NCBI GenBank assembly: GCA_964016885.1
Contig: OZ024748.1
Coordinates: forward strand, 16,616,001-16,680,000
Source: Eledone cirrhosa
Taxonomy: Eukaryota
Direction: 5' to 3'
DNA length: 64,000 nucleotides
The notes beneath the pieces were generated by a model. The model was not told the DNA's origin. It saw only the letters and a program-made list of their open reading frames with translations, and ran no database searches. Of this stretch, positions 41,561-55,580 are shown piece by piece. A program made the position numbers and the translations under genes. How positions within the stretch are numbered: position 1 is the stretch's first letter; the number at the start of each line of letters is the position of its first letter.

Positions 41561-41787
41561 CATACATATATATATATACATAAATACACATATACATACA
41601 TACATATACATACATACATATATATATACATACATACATACATATATACATACATACATATATATATACATACATACATATATATATACATACATACATA
41701 TATATATACATACATACATATATATATACATACATACATATATATATACATACATACATATATATATACATACATACATATATATAT

Positions 41788-41834
<47 letters not shown>

Positions 41835-41879
41835 CATACATACATATATATATACATATATACACATATATATATACAT

Positions 41880-41918
<39 letters not shown>

Positions 41919-42132
41919 TATATACATACATACATACATATATATACATATATATACATACATACATACATATATATACATACATATATACATACATATA
42001 TATACATATATATATACATACATACATACATACATATATATACATACATATATACATACATATATACATATACATACATATATACATATATACATACATA
42101 TATACATATACATACATATATACATACATATA

Positions 42133-42204
<72 letters not shown>

Positions 42205-42218
42205 CATATACATACATA

Positions 42219-42256
<38 letters not shown>

Positions 42257-42258
42257 CA

Positions 42259-42296
<38 letters not shown>

Positions 42297-42298
42297 CA

Positions 42299-42336
<38 letters not shown>

Positions 42337-42402
42337 CATATATATATACATACATATATACATACACACATATATATATACATATATACGTACATACACG
42401 TG

Positions 42403-42482
<80 letters not shown>

Positions 42483-42509
42483 TATATATACACATATATA
42501 TATATATAC

Positions 42510-42594
<85 letters not shown>

Positions 42595-42603
42595 TATATA
42601 TAC

Positions 42604-42634
<31 letters not shown>

Positions 42635-43366
42635 CATATATATACATATATATACATATATATATATACATACACATGTATATACATATACATATATACA
42701 CATATATATATATATACATACACATGTATATATATATATATATACACATATATATATATATACATACACATTTATATATATATATATATATACACACATA
42801 TATATATATACATATATATATATATACATACATACACACACATGTATATATATATATATATACACATATATATATATCTACATACATACACATGTATATA
42901 TATATATATACACACATATATATATATACATATATAAATATATATATATATACATACACGTATATATATATATATGCATATATATATATGCATGTACATA
43001 TATATACATATATATATATATACATATGCATGTACGTATATATACATATATATATATATACATATGCATGTACGTATATATACATATATATATATACATA
43101 TGCGTGTACATATATATACATATATATATATACATATGTGTGTACATATATATACATATATATATATACATATACATATATATACATACACATCTATATA
43201 TATATATACATACACATGTATATATATACATACACATGTATATATATATATATATATATACACATGTATATATATATACATACACATTTATATATATATA
43301 TACACATGTATATATATATACATACACGTATATATATATATATACATATATACATATATATATATA

Positions 43367-43412
<46 letters not shown>

Positions 43413-43445
43413 AACACAAACACACACACACACGTGTATGTGTGT
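41420..43445. repeat. ~2-kb compound (TA/TACA)n microsatellite
   Basis: Seen directly. Confidence 0.97.
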
Positions 43446-44222
43446 GTAAGTATTTACTTATTCAAATTCATGCAAGCGTTAGGTTGAAAGATTGGAAAGG
43501 ATGGAAAATGAAAGAAAACGAAACAAGCAAGTCTTAATATATGTATTTTTAGGTCAACTTATTTGGTTGAAAATATTCTGAAATATATAATTTCAATGAG
43601 TAAAAAAATGTTTCAATTGATATTTCACTCGTAAATGTTAATTAACACATTGAAATTCGAAAAATTAAGTTTGTAAAGAAAAACTTTACTCAAATGATTT
43701 TAATTTTTAAAAGTGACTGATGAATGAAATGTATCTGAGGAGCACTGTGCTAAAATGTAAAGCAACGAGTGTGTTAAGATATCTTAAATTAATATACACC
43801 ATCTGTTAAAACTGTAGCTTTCTAGATTGATCTCTGTGTCATTCGAAGGTGGTTAATATCACTGTCAGGTAGCTACTATTAATTAGATACATTATCTATG
43901 GTGGTTAAAAAGAAGAAAAAGGTAAAAAAAAAAATTAAAAAAAAAAATTAAAAAAAAAAACCTTATATGAAATAATAATGTCTATGTTGAGTTAATGTGA
44001 GAAGAGGAGTTAATGTGAGAAGAGGAGGAGTAGTAGGAGGAGGAAGTAAATGTAAAATCATTAAATAAGCTATGCTGATTAAGGTGATACAGGGATTGTA
44101 TGATAAAATAAGTTTATTAGATTTACTTACTTACATAAATACATTACATATTCCACACAAATTAGGCACATATTCTAATTTGCTATCTTTCATATTCAGC
44201 ATCTGTATAAAACATGAGTGTA

Positions 44223-44289
<67 letters not shown>

Positions 44290-44319
44290 ATGATGATATA
44301 TACATATATATATATATAT

Positions 44320-44509
44320 GTTACTCCGGGTTGAATCGGAGGTAACCACAGTAAGTAAGGTACTCAATACATAGCAGAGTATAAAAGTTTTAAAATAGAT
44401 GAGATTCTACAGGACTAGAGCTGTTTCATTCTTTAGAAATCATCAGATTCCTGATGATTTCTAAAGAATGAAACAGTTCTAGTCCTGTAGAATCTCATCT
44501 ATTTTAAAA
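44320..44509. mobile_element. Penelope-like fold-back element with hammerhead core in both arms
   Basis: Arms 44388-44446 / 44451-44509 (1 mismatch, 4-nt loop). CTGATGA(44451)-TTTCTAAAGAAT-GAAAC-AGTTCTA-GTC. Flanked by (TA)n. Confidence 0.75.
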
Positions 44510-44825
44510 TATATATATATATATATACACACACATATATATTCATACTTGCTCATGTAGACAGACATGTACACATACACACAGACATTATATATATAAT
44601 ATATCATATATATATATACACACACATATATATTTGTTCATATATATTTGTACAGACATGTACACCCAGACATTATATATATATATATATTGTATGTTAT
44701 GTACTAAATTTGCAAGTGAATGTATCATATATTCAATTTACTTTCTAGAAATCGTATCTAATATCATACACATATATATGCAATATATATTGATGATGAT
44801 GATCATATATATATATATATATATA

Positions 44826-45264
44826 TACAATATTAAATAAATGGAAACTATATTTATAAAACCATATTTATTTCATTATATATATTTCGGGGATATCATA
44901 TTAACAATATGCTATGCCTTCCTCAGACAAAATACAATATAAACAGTTTTATAGATAAATAGATTCGACATACCGTAATAACACCGACTGGCAGTTTAAC
45001 CTCTTCAAATGCAAGTCGGTGTTATTACGGTATGTCGAATCTATTTATCTATAAAACTGTTTATATTGTATTTTGTCTGAGGAAGGCATAGCATATTGTT
45101 AATATGATATCCCCGAAATATATATAATTAAATAAATATGGTTTTATAAATATAGTTTCCATTTATTTAATATTGTAAATATACTCCAAATATTTGTCGA
45201 GTGCTTTTATATCAGTTATAAATATTTACTAGTTGTAACCCAACAATTTTAAATATAACTTTCC
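44826..45264. mobile_element. Penelope-like fold-back element, ~168-bp arms
   Basis: 44826-44993 / 45010-45177 inverted with a 16-nt spacer. Hammerhead in each arm. Tail has GAGTGC (45199). Flanked by (TA)n. Confidence 0.78.
45069..45134 (+). ncRNA. Degenerate hammerhead ribozyme, with a mirror copy on the minus strand in the left palindrome arm
   Basis: UAUUUUGU-CUGAGGA(45077-83)-imperfect long stem II-GAAA(45115-18)-UAUAUA-UA^AUUAAAUA. Same stem I/III design as the 49061 ribozyme. Confidence 0.6.
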
Positions 45265-45619
45265 ATATATATATATATATATCCGATATCATCATTTCAG
45301 TATTATTATTATAGTGGATTGGCAGTATCGGTAGAGGGTCGGACGCCATGCTTTCCAGCCTAGTTACGGCCCTTTACGATCTGAGTTCAAATCCCACCGA
45401 GGTTGACTTTGCCTTTCATCCTTATGGGGTCGATAAAATAAAGTACCAGTAATGCACTGGGTAATTGCTGGCCTTGTGCCTAAAGTAAAAACAATTATTA
45501 TATGCTTATATATATATATATATTGGCTGGATTGTCACAATTGAAAACCAGACAGGTTGTAGTTAATGGTATTACACACACACACACACTCAGATATACA
45601 CACACACACTCACACACAG

Positions 45620-45662
<43 letters not shown>

Positions 45663-45725
45663 CACACGCACGCACACACACAAATACACACACACACACA
45701 CACAAATATATACACACACACACAC

Positions 45726-45765
<40 letters not shown>

Positions 45766-46490
45766 AACAAGTTCCATCTGAAAAGAAACAGGACTGGTGT
45801 CACAAAGAATTTATTTCAATTCCAAACAACAAACTCCCTGGTTTCTCTATGAAAGTAAGCCCCTTCAAGTCTAAAGTATTTGTCCATCCTTCTGTTATGC
45901 TTCTCTGCCCTGCTAGAAGGATTATTTTGGGATGTCCCTCAGATTCCCTCAACAACCCCCTTGAGCTTGGGGCAAAGAAAAAAAGTCACATGGAGCAAGA
46001 TCAGAGGAATAAGGGTGTTGTTCCAGTATGGCAATGTTCTTCTCGGTCAGGAACTGCTAGATGCTGAGGGAATTATGAGCCGGCAATCTTCCGAATGCTT
46101 AAATCTTTGGTGATAATCTTCCAAATGCTTTTGTTTTGTGGTTCAAGCCCAAGCTCACTTGCGACCAGTTAAACAGTCAGCTGATGATCGCCACGCACCA
46201 CCTACCTCACACGTGCATCCTGTTAAACCTTTTGTGACACTCAAAAATCTGTGAGCGTGACATCCTCTTATCTCTGTACACTTGTTGCTTCTGATGGAGT
46301 TTTCCCCAGCCAGACAAGAAAGTTCAGGTTGGTTTGTTGCTCTGTGTCCATCACTCAACCACCAAAAATTGAAGAACTGTTAACAAAAGCACACCAATAA
46401 CATACAATGGCTACTGAGAGCTGAGATCGCAGTTCCCCATCCCCAGATATTACGTCACATGGTGACGCAACCCACTAATTCTTACCCTAC
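45766..46490 (-). mobile_element. Internally deleted mariner transposon remnant
   Basis: Minus strand near 45965-46023 gives HPYSSDLAPCDFF (mariner YSPDLAPxDF motif). Near 45850-45900 there is a W.K....EGAYF C-terminal remnant. Confidence 0.75.
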
Positions 46491-46807
46491 TTATAGCTCA
46501 CACAGCATACTATACAGATGATTCCTGCCCTAGGGTATGGATGAAACACTGTTAGCAAATAAAACAATGTATTTTTAAGCACTCTTTGGTTATTCCTAAA
46601 ATTATATATATATATATATATATACTTACTTACATACGTATACATACATACATTCACACACATATATATATATATATATACATTCACATACACACATATA
46701 TATATAAATATACATTCACACATATATGCATACATACATTCACACACACATATATATATACATACATTCACATATATATATACATTCAAACACACATTCA
46801 CACACTA

Positions 46808-46843
46808 CTTTTGAGAAGCAGAAGAACTGCGAAACCGGTAAAG
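46808..46843 (+). ncRNA. Minimal hammerhead variant with U3:A8 core
   Basis: CUU-UUGAGAA-GCAG-AAGAA-CUGC-GAAA-CCGG-UA^AAG, with palindromic stem III ACCGGU. The island (46808-46980) lies between microsatellites. Confidence 0.6.
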
Positions 46844-46974
46844 GAACCAAATAAATATATTTTTTTTTTTTTAAATAAGACTCCAGTTGCATTTTCGATT
46901 TCAACTTTTTTTCTTTATACTTTCACTCGTGTAGGACACCTCGGTTATTTTTCATTTTGTAAAAAAAACCTCAC

Positions 46975-47005
<31 letters not shown>

Positions 47006-47426
47006 CATATGTATACATACATATGTATATATACATATGTATACATACATATGTATATATACATATGTATACATACATATGTATATATACATATGTATAT
47101 ATACATATGTATACATACATATGTATATATACATATGTATATATACATATTTATACATACATATGTATATATACATATGTATACATACATATGTATACAT
47201 ACATATTTATACATACATATATATACATACATATGTATACATACATATTTATACATACATATATATCTATATATATACATACATATGTATACATACATAT
47301 ATATCTATATATATACATACATATTTATACATACATATATATCTATATATATACATACATATGTATATATACATATGTATACATATATATATATATATAT
47401 ATATAAATACATACATATATATATAC

Positions 47427-47463
<37 letters not shown>

Positions 47464-47480
47464 CATACATATATATATAC

Positions 47481-47544
<64 letters not shown>

Positions 47545-47545
<1 letters not shown>

Positions 47546-48687
47546 AGACGAGAAAACAGAACCCAGATCCCCTCAGGGAAATGGCCTTGCTCAGTATGTA
47601 GGAAAGGTGTAGGTAGGAACTCCATTCTCTGCCCCAAATGCAAACAATGAGTACACAAGAGATGTAGCGGGATCTCAGGAAGCTTAATTAAGAATGTAGG
47701 CTTCACATGCAGCAGCTGTGCTGAGACAGCAAGCAGCAAACAGCCACAGGAAACAAGTACCACCAATCTCTGGGAGGGCTCTGTAGAAACAGTAGACAGC
47801 TTCTGCTACCTAGGTGACCAAATTAGCAGCGGTGGTGGGTGTTCAGAAAGTACAATAACTAGGGTAAGAACGGGATGGAAGAAGTTTAGGGAACTACTAC
47901 CACTGCTAGCTGCAAAAGGTTTCTCCCTCAGAATGAAAGGCAGACTGTATGATGCGTGTATCCGAACAGCGATGTTGCATGGTAGTGAGACCTGGGCGCT
48001 GAAGGTGGAAGACTTACGTAGATTAGAGAGAAACGAAGCCTGCATGCTCCGATGGATGTGTAAAAGTAATATACGTGAACGACAAAGCATAAATGAATTC
48101 AGAGAGAGACTGAGCATAAGAGGAATCAAATGCTGTGTGCAGGAGAGGCGGCTGTGCTGGTATGGACATGTGATGCGTATGAAGGATGACAACTGCATAA
48201 AAAGGTGCAGAGCACTAGAAGTTGATGGAAACCGCAGAGTGGGGAGACCCAAGATGACCTGGAATGAGGTGATAAAAGCCGACCTTACCCAATTACACCT
48301 CTCAAAGGCAATGACACACGACCTTGACTTCTGGCGTCACGCAGTAATACAGAGTACCTGACCTCCCATGGGTACAAGCTGAAGCATATAGACAATATGC
48401 CCCACACCCCCCACCGCAAGGTGGTCGTGGAGGTGCCACGGCAAAAAAGCACCCAGCCCACACTGTAAAGTGGACGTGTAGGCGCCACGAAAAAGCACCC
48501 AGCACTCACTGTAAATGAGGTTGGTGTTAGGAAGGGCATCCAGCTGTAGAAATCAAGCCAAATCAGTTCCTGTATGAGCAAGGCATGGTCAGCCGACCAG
48601 ACACTGCCCACAACAGGACAACCCGTCTAACCCATGCTAGCGTGGAAGAATGGACGTAAAACGGTGATGATGATGATGATGATGATG
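47545..48687 (+). pseudogene. RTE LINE 3' fragment (same family as 55578-58027) with an in-frame stop
   Basis: [27 protein letters not shown] followed by [21 protein letters not shown]...GRPK, then the 3'UTR and a (GAT)n tail. Flanked by (TA)n. Confidence 0.9.
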
Positions 48688-48985
48688 TATATATAAATAT
48701 GTATACATACGTATATATAAATATGTATATATAAATATGTATACATACATATATATATATATATATACATACGTATATATAAATACGTATACATACATAC
48801 GTATACATACATACGTATACATACATACGTATATATACATACGTATACATACATACGTATACATACATACGTATACATACATACGTATACATACATACGT
48901 ATATATACATATGTATACATACATACGTATATATACATATGTATACATACATATATATATATACATACATACATACGTATATATC

Positions 48986-49012
<27 letters not shown>

Positions 49013-49016
<4 letters not shown>

Positions 49017-49366
49017 TATTCAAAATATTAACAAATGAAAAATATTCTCACTCAAAATATATACTTTATTATATACATTTCAAACGTACTGTGTTGTTTT
49101 TTCAGTACGTCCTCATCAGACAAAATATATGATTTGATATATGACATAACACTACAGTCTTGATTATTCAATTCCAAACTGAAAAAACAACACATTACCT
49201 TTGAAATATATATAATAAAGTATATATTTTGATTATGAGAATATTTTTCATTTGTTAATATTTTGAATAATATTAAACACTCCAGGAAAATCTTTTTGTT
49301 GAGCGCTTCTAATCTATTGTAAAAGTGTATTCATTGAGTAATCAACGAACCATACTAATCTTTGGT
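49013..49366. mobile_element. Penelope-like fold-back element with intact hammerhead
   Basis: About 93-bp inverted arms (49013-49105 / 49178-49273) and a tail with GAGCGC (49301). Flanked by (TA)n. Confidence 0.78.
49061..49128 (-). ncRNA. Minimal type-I hammerhead ribozyme, apparently intact
   Basis: Minus strand AUAUUUUGU-CUGAUGA-GGACGUACUG[11-nt loop]CAGUACGUUU-GAAA-UGUAUA-UA^AUAAAGUAU. Stem I is 9 bp and stem II is 10 bp (with G-U pairs). Stem III is short and near-palindromic. Predicted cut between 49070 and 49069. Confidence 0.8.
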
Positions 49367-49369
49367 ATA

Positions 49370-49411
<42 letters not shown>

Positions 49412-49534
49412 AATGAAGTAATTCCGTCGGAATTCCAGGAAAAAAGAGTGCTCTATGTAGGTTACAGAGCTTATTAGTTATGTAATAAACAACATAACAT
49501 GGGTTTTCAAATCCACATTCAATAAAAACACCAG

Positions 49535-49604
49535 AATTTTTTCATTCTGACAACTGAAAGCATATTTGTTTGCTTTCAAGAAACCACTGGTAAATGAAAT
49601 AATT
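49535..49604 (+). ncRNA. Degenerate hammerhead ribozyme
   Basis: UUUCAUU-CUGACAA-CUGAAAGCA[loop]UGCUUUCAA-GAAA-CCACUGG-UA^AAUGAAA. All three stems are present, but the core has a C3/A8 mismatch. Confidence 0.6.
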
Positions 49605-49628
49605 ATCTTATGTTGTTTATTACATGAC

Positions 49629-49665
<37 letters not shown>

Positions 49666-50013
49666 ATATATATACATACATACGTATATATACATATGTA
49701 TATATATATATATATATATAGGAACAAGTATGATGCCGATGGCAGAGCTCAAGCCGTTTCGACGGCTATTTCTGGATTATTACCCACTCTACTACCTTAA
49801 GTATTGAGTACTTTGGTGCGTAATGGTCCATCTGGTTCCTTACCACAATTCCTTCGTTATATATATACATATATACTTACTTCTTTAGCAATTAGCACTT
49901 GATAATTTTTTACTTGATGATTTTTACCCGATTATTTTCCTATGATTTAATCTATGTACACTCCATATTCTTCTGAGTTTTCGGCTTGTATTGGCTGATA
50001 GTTCTTCTTATAG

Positions 50014-50067
50014 CTTTAATTGCCCTGATGAGTCCTTAATAGGATGAAACATTGTTGGCTAATAAAG
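50014..50067 (+). ncRNA. Minimal type-I hammerhead ribozyme, apparently intact
   Basis: CUUUAAUUGCC-CUGAUGA(50025-31)-GUCCU-UAAU-AGGAU-GAAA-C-AUU-GUU^GGCUAAUAAAG. Stem I pairs at 9 of 11 positions. Predicted cut after 50056. Confidence 0.8.
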
Positions 50068-50104
50068 ACTTTTGATGTATTGAAGGCTTCTTTGATTTAT
50101 TTTC

Positions 50105-50144
<40 letters not shown>

Positions 50145-50172
50145 CATATGTATGTATATATATATATATATA

Positions 50173-50594
50173 GTTAAAAGAATAGAGGTGTAACACACAA
50201 GTTATTATATATTGGTAAACGGAATAGAAAATGCTGACAAATTGTTCACAGTTGAAAAATGGTTTAATTAGGAATAAAAGAGTATTAGTGATTGTATGGG
50301 TTAGTATTCAGTTGTGGTTTTAAGTTTTTAAGTTTTTACCGGTTGCGCATTTCTAAATGCTTTTCAAAAATAATTTTGAGATAGAGTGTCCGTGCTGTTT
50401 GCTCTGAGCAAACAGCACGGACACTCTATCTCAAAATTATTTTTGAAAAGCATTTAGAAATGCGCAACCGGTAAAAACTTAAAAACTTAAAACCACAACT
50501 GAATACTAACCCATACAATCACTAATACTCTTTTATTCCTAATTAAACCATTTTTCAACTGTGAACAATTTGTCAGCATTTTCTATTCCGTTTA

Positions 50595-50604
<10 letters not shown>
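50173..50604. mobile_element. Fold-back element with perfect 199-bp arms and 1-nt spacer
   Basis: 50206-50404 is the reverse complement of 50406-50604. Each arm has UUGAAAA-GCAUU..AAUGC-GCAA-CCGG-UA, a degenerate hammerhead of the 46808 type. Confidence 0.8.
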
Positions 50605-50638
<34 letters not shown>

Positions 50639-50654
50639 TATACATATACATATG

Positions 50655-50692
<38 letters not shown>

Positions 50693-50698
50693 CATATG

Positions 50699-50746
<48 letters not shown>

Positions 50747-50906
50747 TATATACATACACACACACACATATATATATATGAGGATATATATATATATATA
50801 ATAAAGAGAGGCATTCTTCACATAATTGCAAATGCTTATATGTGTCACTATGTATCTGTGTCAGGATGTGTCTAAATATTTATGAGTATAAGTGTTTGCC
50901 TATCTA

Positions 50907-50961
<55 letters not shown>

Positions 50962-51351
50962 TGGTGTATATGCACACGTTTGGTCATATGTATGCGTGAC
51001 TGTGATTGTAAATATAAATGTGTGTATGTGGGTTTGCATGTGTTGTTGTATGTGAATATGTGTTCGTGCATGCAAGAGAGCTTATGCGCGTGTGAGCAGA
51101 TATGCATATGTGTCTGTACATATGCGTGTGAGTGTGTGTGTGTGCCTGTGTTGCACGTACATATGTGAGTGTGTGGGTGTTTATATATATATCAGTATAC
51201 ATCTATATGTGTGCATGCATTGCTGTGTGTGTGAGTATGTGTATGCATGTATGTGTATGTATATGAGTATGCATATATGTGTGTGTGTGTGTGTGGTGCA
51301 TGTGTTGCTGTGTGTGTGAGAGTGCATGTGTATGTATATGAGTATGCATAT

Positions 51352-51399
<48 letters not shown>

Positions 51400-51421
51400 A
51401 GAGAGTGCATGTGTATGAGTA

Positions 51422-51469
<48 letters not shown>

Positions 51470-51560
51470 AGAGAGTGCATGTGTATGTATATGAGTATGC
51501 ATATATATATATATGTGTGTGTGTGAGAGAGAGTGTGCATGTGTATGTATATGAGTATGC

Positions 51561-51593
<33 letters not shown>

Positions 51594-51934
51594 CGTCTTC
51601 TTGCTTGATTGTTTGGAAGCAGATTATTTGCCTCATTCTGACTGCTTCCTATTGTAGCATAAAGCAAAGAACAGAGATGTGTAGCATTAATTCAATAAAG
51701 ATAACTTTAAAGCCTTTAACCAGATTAGAGGCAGGAGGGAACCAGATAAGAAGACAATGTTATAGAGATGGGTGAAGAAATGGCAGACATTTATCATGGA
51801 TGTCTGCATTGCTGAGCAAAATTCTTCCCAGAGGGGGCAAAAGACAAAATGAAAAAAATGTATGTAACAGCAGCAGTAGAAAAAGAGAATGTATATAAAA
51901 TATATGAAGTTTATATAGAGTGTATATATCGTGC

Positions 51935-51967
51935 ATGTACATATATATGTATATATATATATATATG

Positions 51968-52020
<53 letters not shown>

Positions 52021-52224
52021 ATATATATATATATACATATGTATGTATATATATATATACATATGTAGGTATATATATATACATATGTATGTACATATAT
52101 GTATGTATGTACATATATATATATATATACACATATGTATATATATATATATACACATATGTATATATATATATATACACATATGTATATATATATATAC
52201 ACATATGTATATATATATATATAC

Positions 52225-52271
<47 letters not shown>

Positions 52272-52453
52272 CACATATGTATGTATATATATATATACAT
52301 ACACATATGTATGTATATATATATATGCATATGTATATATATATATAGATACATATGTATGTATATATATATACATATGTATGTACATATATATATGTGT
52401 ACATATATATATGTACACATATATATATACACATATATATATATACACATATG

Positions 52454-52485
<32 letters not shown>

Positions 52486-52798
52486 CACATGTATATATAT
52501 ATATACATATGTATATATATATACATATGTATATATATATACATATGTATATATATATATACATATGTATATATATATATACATATGTATATATATATAC
52601 ATATGTATATATATATATATATATATGCATATATACATATATATACATACATATGTACATATATATATATACATATGTACATATATATATATACATATAT
52701 ATACATATATACATATATATATATACATATATATACATATATACATATATATATATACATATATACATATATATATATACATATATATACATATATAC

Positions 52799-52829
<31 letters not shown>

Positions 52830-52838
52830 CATATATAC

Positions 52839-52869
<31 letters not shown>

Positions 52870-52878
52870 CATATATAC

Positions 52879-52943
<65 letters not shown>

Positions 52944-53551
52944 CATATGTACATATATATATATATACATATGTACATATATATATATATACATATGTAC
53001 ATATATATATATATGTACATATATATATATATACATATGTACATATATATATATATACATATGTACATATATATATATATACATATGTACATATATATAT
53101 ATATACATATGTACATATATATATATATACATATGTACATATATATATACATATGCATATATACATATGTACATATATATATATATATACATATGCATGT
53201 ATACATATGTACATATATATATATATACATATGCATATATACATATGTACATATATATATATATACATATATACATATATACATATGTACATATATATAT
53301 ATATACATATGTACATATATATATATATACATATGTACATATATATATACATATATATGTATATATACATATATATACATATGTATATATATACATATGT
53401 ATATATACATATCTATATATACATATATATACATATGTATATATATACATATGTATATATACATATGTTTATATACATATGTATATATATGTATATATAC
53501 ATATATATGTATATATATGTACATATGTATATATATATATATGTACATATG

Positions 53552-53598
<47 letters not shown>

Positions 53599-53661
53599 TT
53601 ACATATGTATATATGCATATGTATATATATATATATATGTACATATGTATATATGCATATG

Positions 53662-53693
<32 letters not shown>

Positions 53694-53719
53694 CATATGT
53701 ATATTTATATATACATATG

Positions 53720-53751
<32 letters not shown>

Positions 53752-53808
53752 CATATGTATATTTATATATACATATGTATATATATATACATATGTATAT
53801 ATATATAC

Positions 53809-53841
<33 letters not shown>

Positions 53842-54575
53842 CATATGTATATATATATACATATATATATATACTTATGTATATATATATACATATATAT
53901 ATATATACATATGTATATATATATACATATGTATATATATATACATATGTATATATATATACATATGTATATATATATACATATATATACATATATATAT
54001 ATATACATATGTATATATATATATATATATACATATGTATATATATACATATGTATATATATACATATGTATATATATACATATGTATATATATACATAT
54101 GTATATATATACATATGTATATATATACATATGTATATATATACATATGTATATATACATATGTATATATATATATATACATATGTATATATATATATAT
54201 ACATATGTATATATATATATATATATATATACATATGTATATATATACATATGTATATATATACATATGTATATATATACATATGTATATATACATATGT
54301 ATATATATATATATACATATGTATATATATATATATACATATGTATATATATATATATATATATATACATATGTATATATATATATACATATGTATATAT
54401 ATATATATACATATGTATATATATATACATATGTATATATATACATATGTATATATATACATATGTATATATATATATACATATGTATATATATATATAT
54501 ATATAAATATATACATATGTATATATATATATATACATAAATATATACATATGTATATATATATATATACATATG

Positions 54576-54668
<93 letters not shown>

Positions 54669-54685
54669 ATATGTGTATATATATG
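51935..54685. repeat. ~2.7-kb compound (TA)n/ACATATGT microsatellite
   Basis: Seen directly. Confidence 0.97.
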
Positions 54686-55498
54686 TTTGATGCCTGTATA
54701 TGAACAGCAATGCTACATGGCAGTGAGGCATGGGCATTACGTGCAGAGGACCTGTGCAGACTAGAAAGGAACGAAGCATGCATGCTCCATTGGATGTGTA
54801 ATAGTAATATACATGAACGGCAGAGCATAAATGAACTAAGTGAGAAATTAGGAATAAGAGGGATCAGCTGCTGTTTACTTGAGAGAAGACTACGTTGGTA
54901 TGGCCACGTGATGCGCATGAAAGGCGACAGCTGCATAAATATATGCAGGGCGATCAAAATTGATGGTAGACCCAGAAAAACCTGGGACGATCTGATAAAT
55001 TCCGACCTTACACACTTGCACCTCTCTAAGACAATGTCACTGGACCGACATCTTTGGTGCTACGCAGTAATACAGAATACCCACCTTGCCTATGTACAAA
55101 GCGAAACCTACAGTCAGTAGGCACCTCTTAACCAAATATACACCCAATCCACTACCCCTACCCTATCCTCCCACTCCCACCAACCTCTCTCTGTAAAGTT
55201 GGTATCACAACATCCAGTCTAAATAAATGAGATAATGGGATCAAGATTGTGTAGGTTTCACGACAAAAAAAACACACAGTCGACGCTGTAATGTGGTCGT
55301 GTAGGTAACACGGTAAAAAGTTCCCAGTACCACAATGTAAATGTGGTTGGTGTTAGGAAGGGCATCCAGCCGTATAAAACCTGCCAGATAGTCCTATATG
55401 AGCGAGACATGGTCACCCGACCAACCTTCCCTCAAGTGGAACAACTCCCGTCTAACCCATGCTAGCGTGGAAGATGGACGTTAAACGATGATGATGAT
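54685..55498 (+). pseudogene. RTE LINE 3' fragment, tail-to-tail with the 55578-58027 copy
   Basis: [26 protein letters not shown]...RRLRWYGHV, then the 3'UTR ending GGACGTTAAACGATGATGATG. Confidence 0.9.
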
Positions 55499-55534
55499 AT
55501 ACACATATACACGTGTATATATATATATGTACAA

Positions 55535-55577
<43 letters not shown>

Positions 55578-55580
<3 letters not shown>

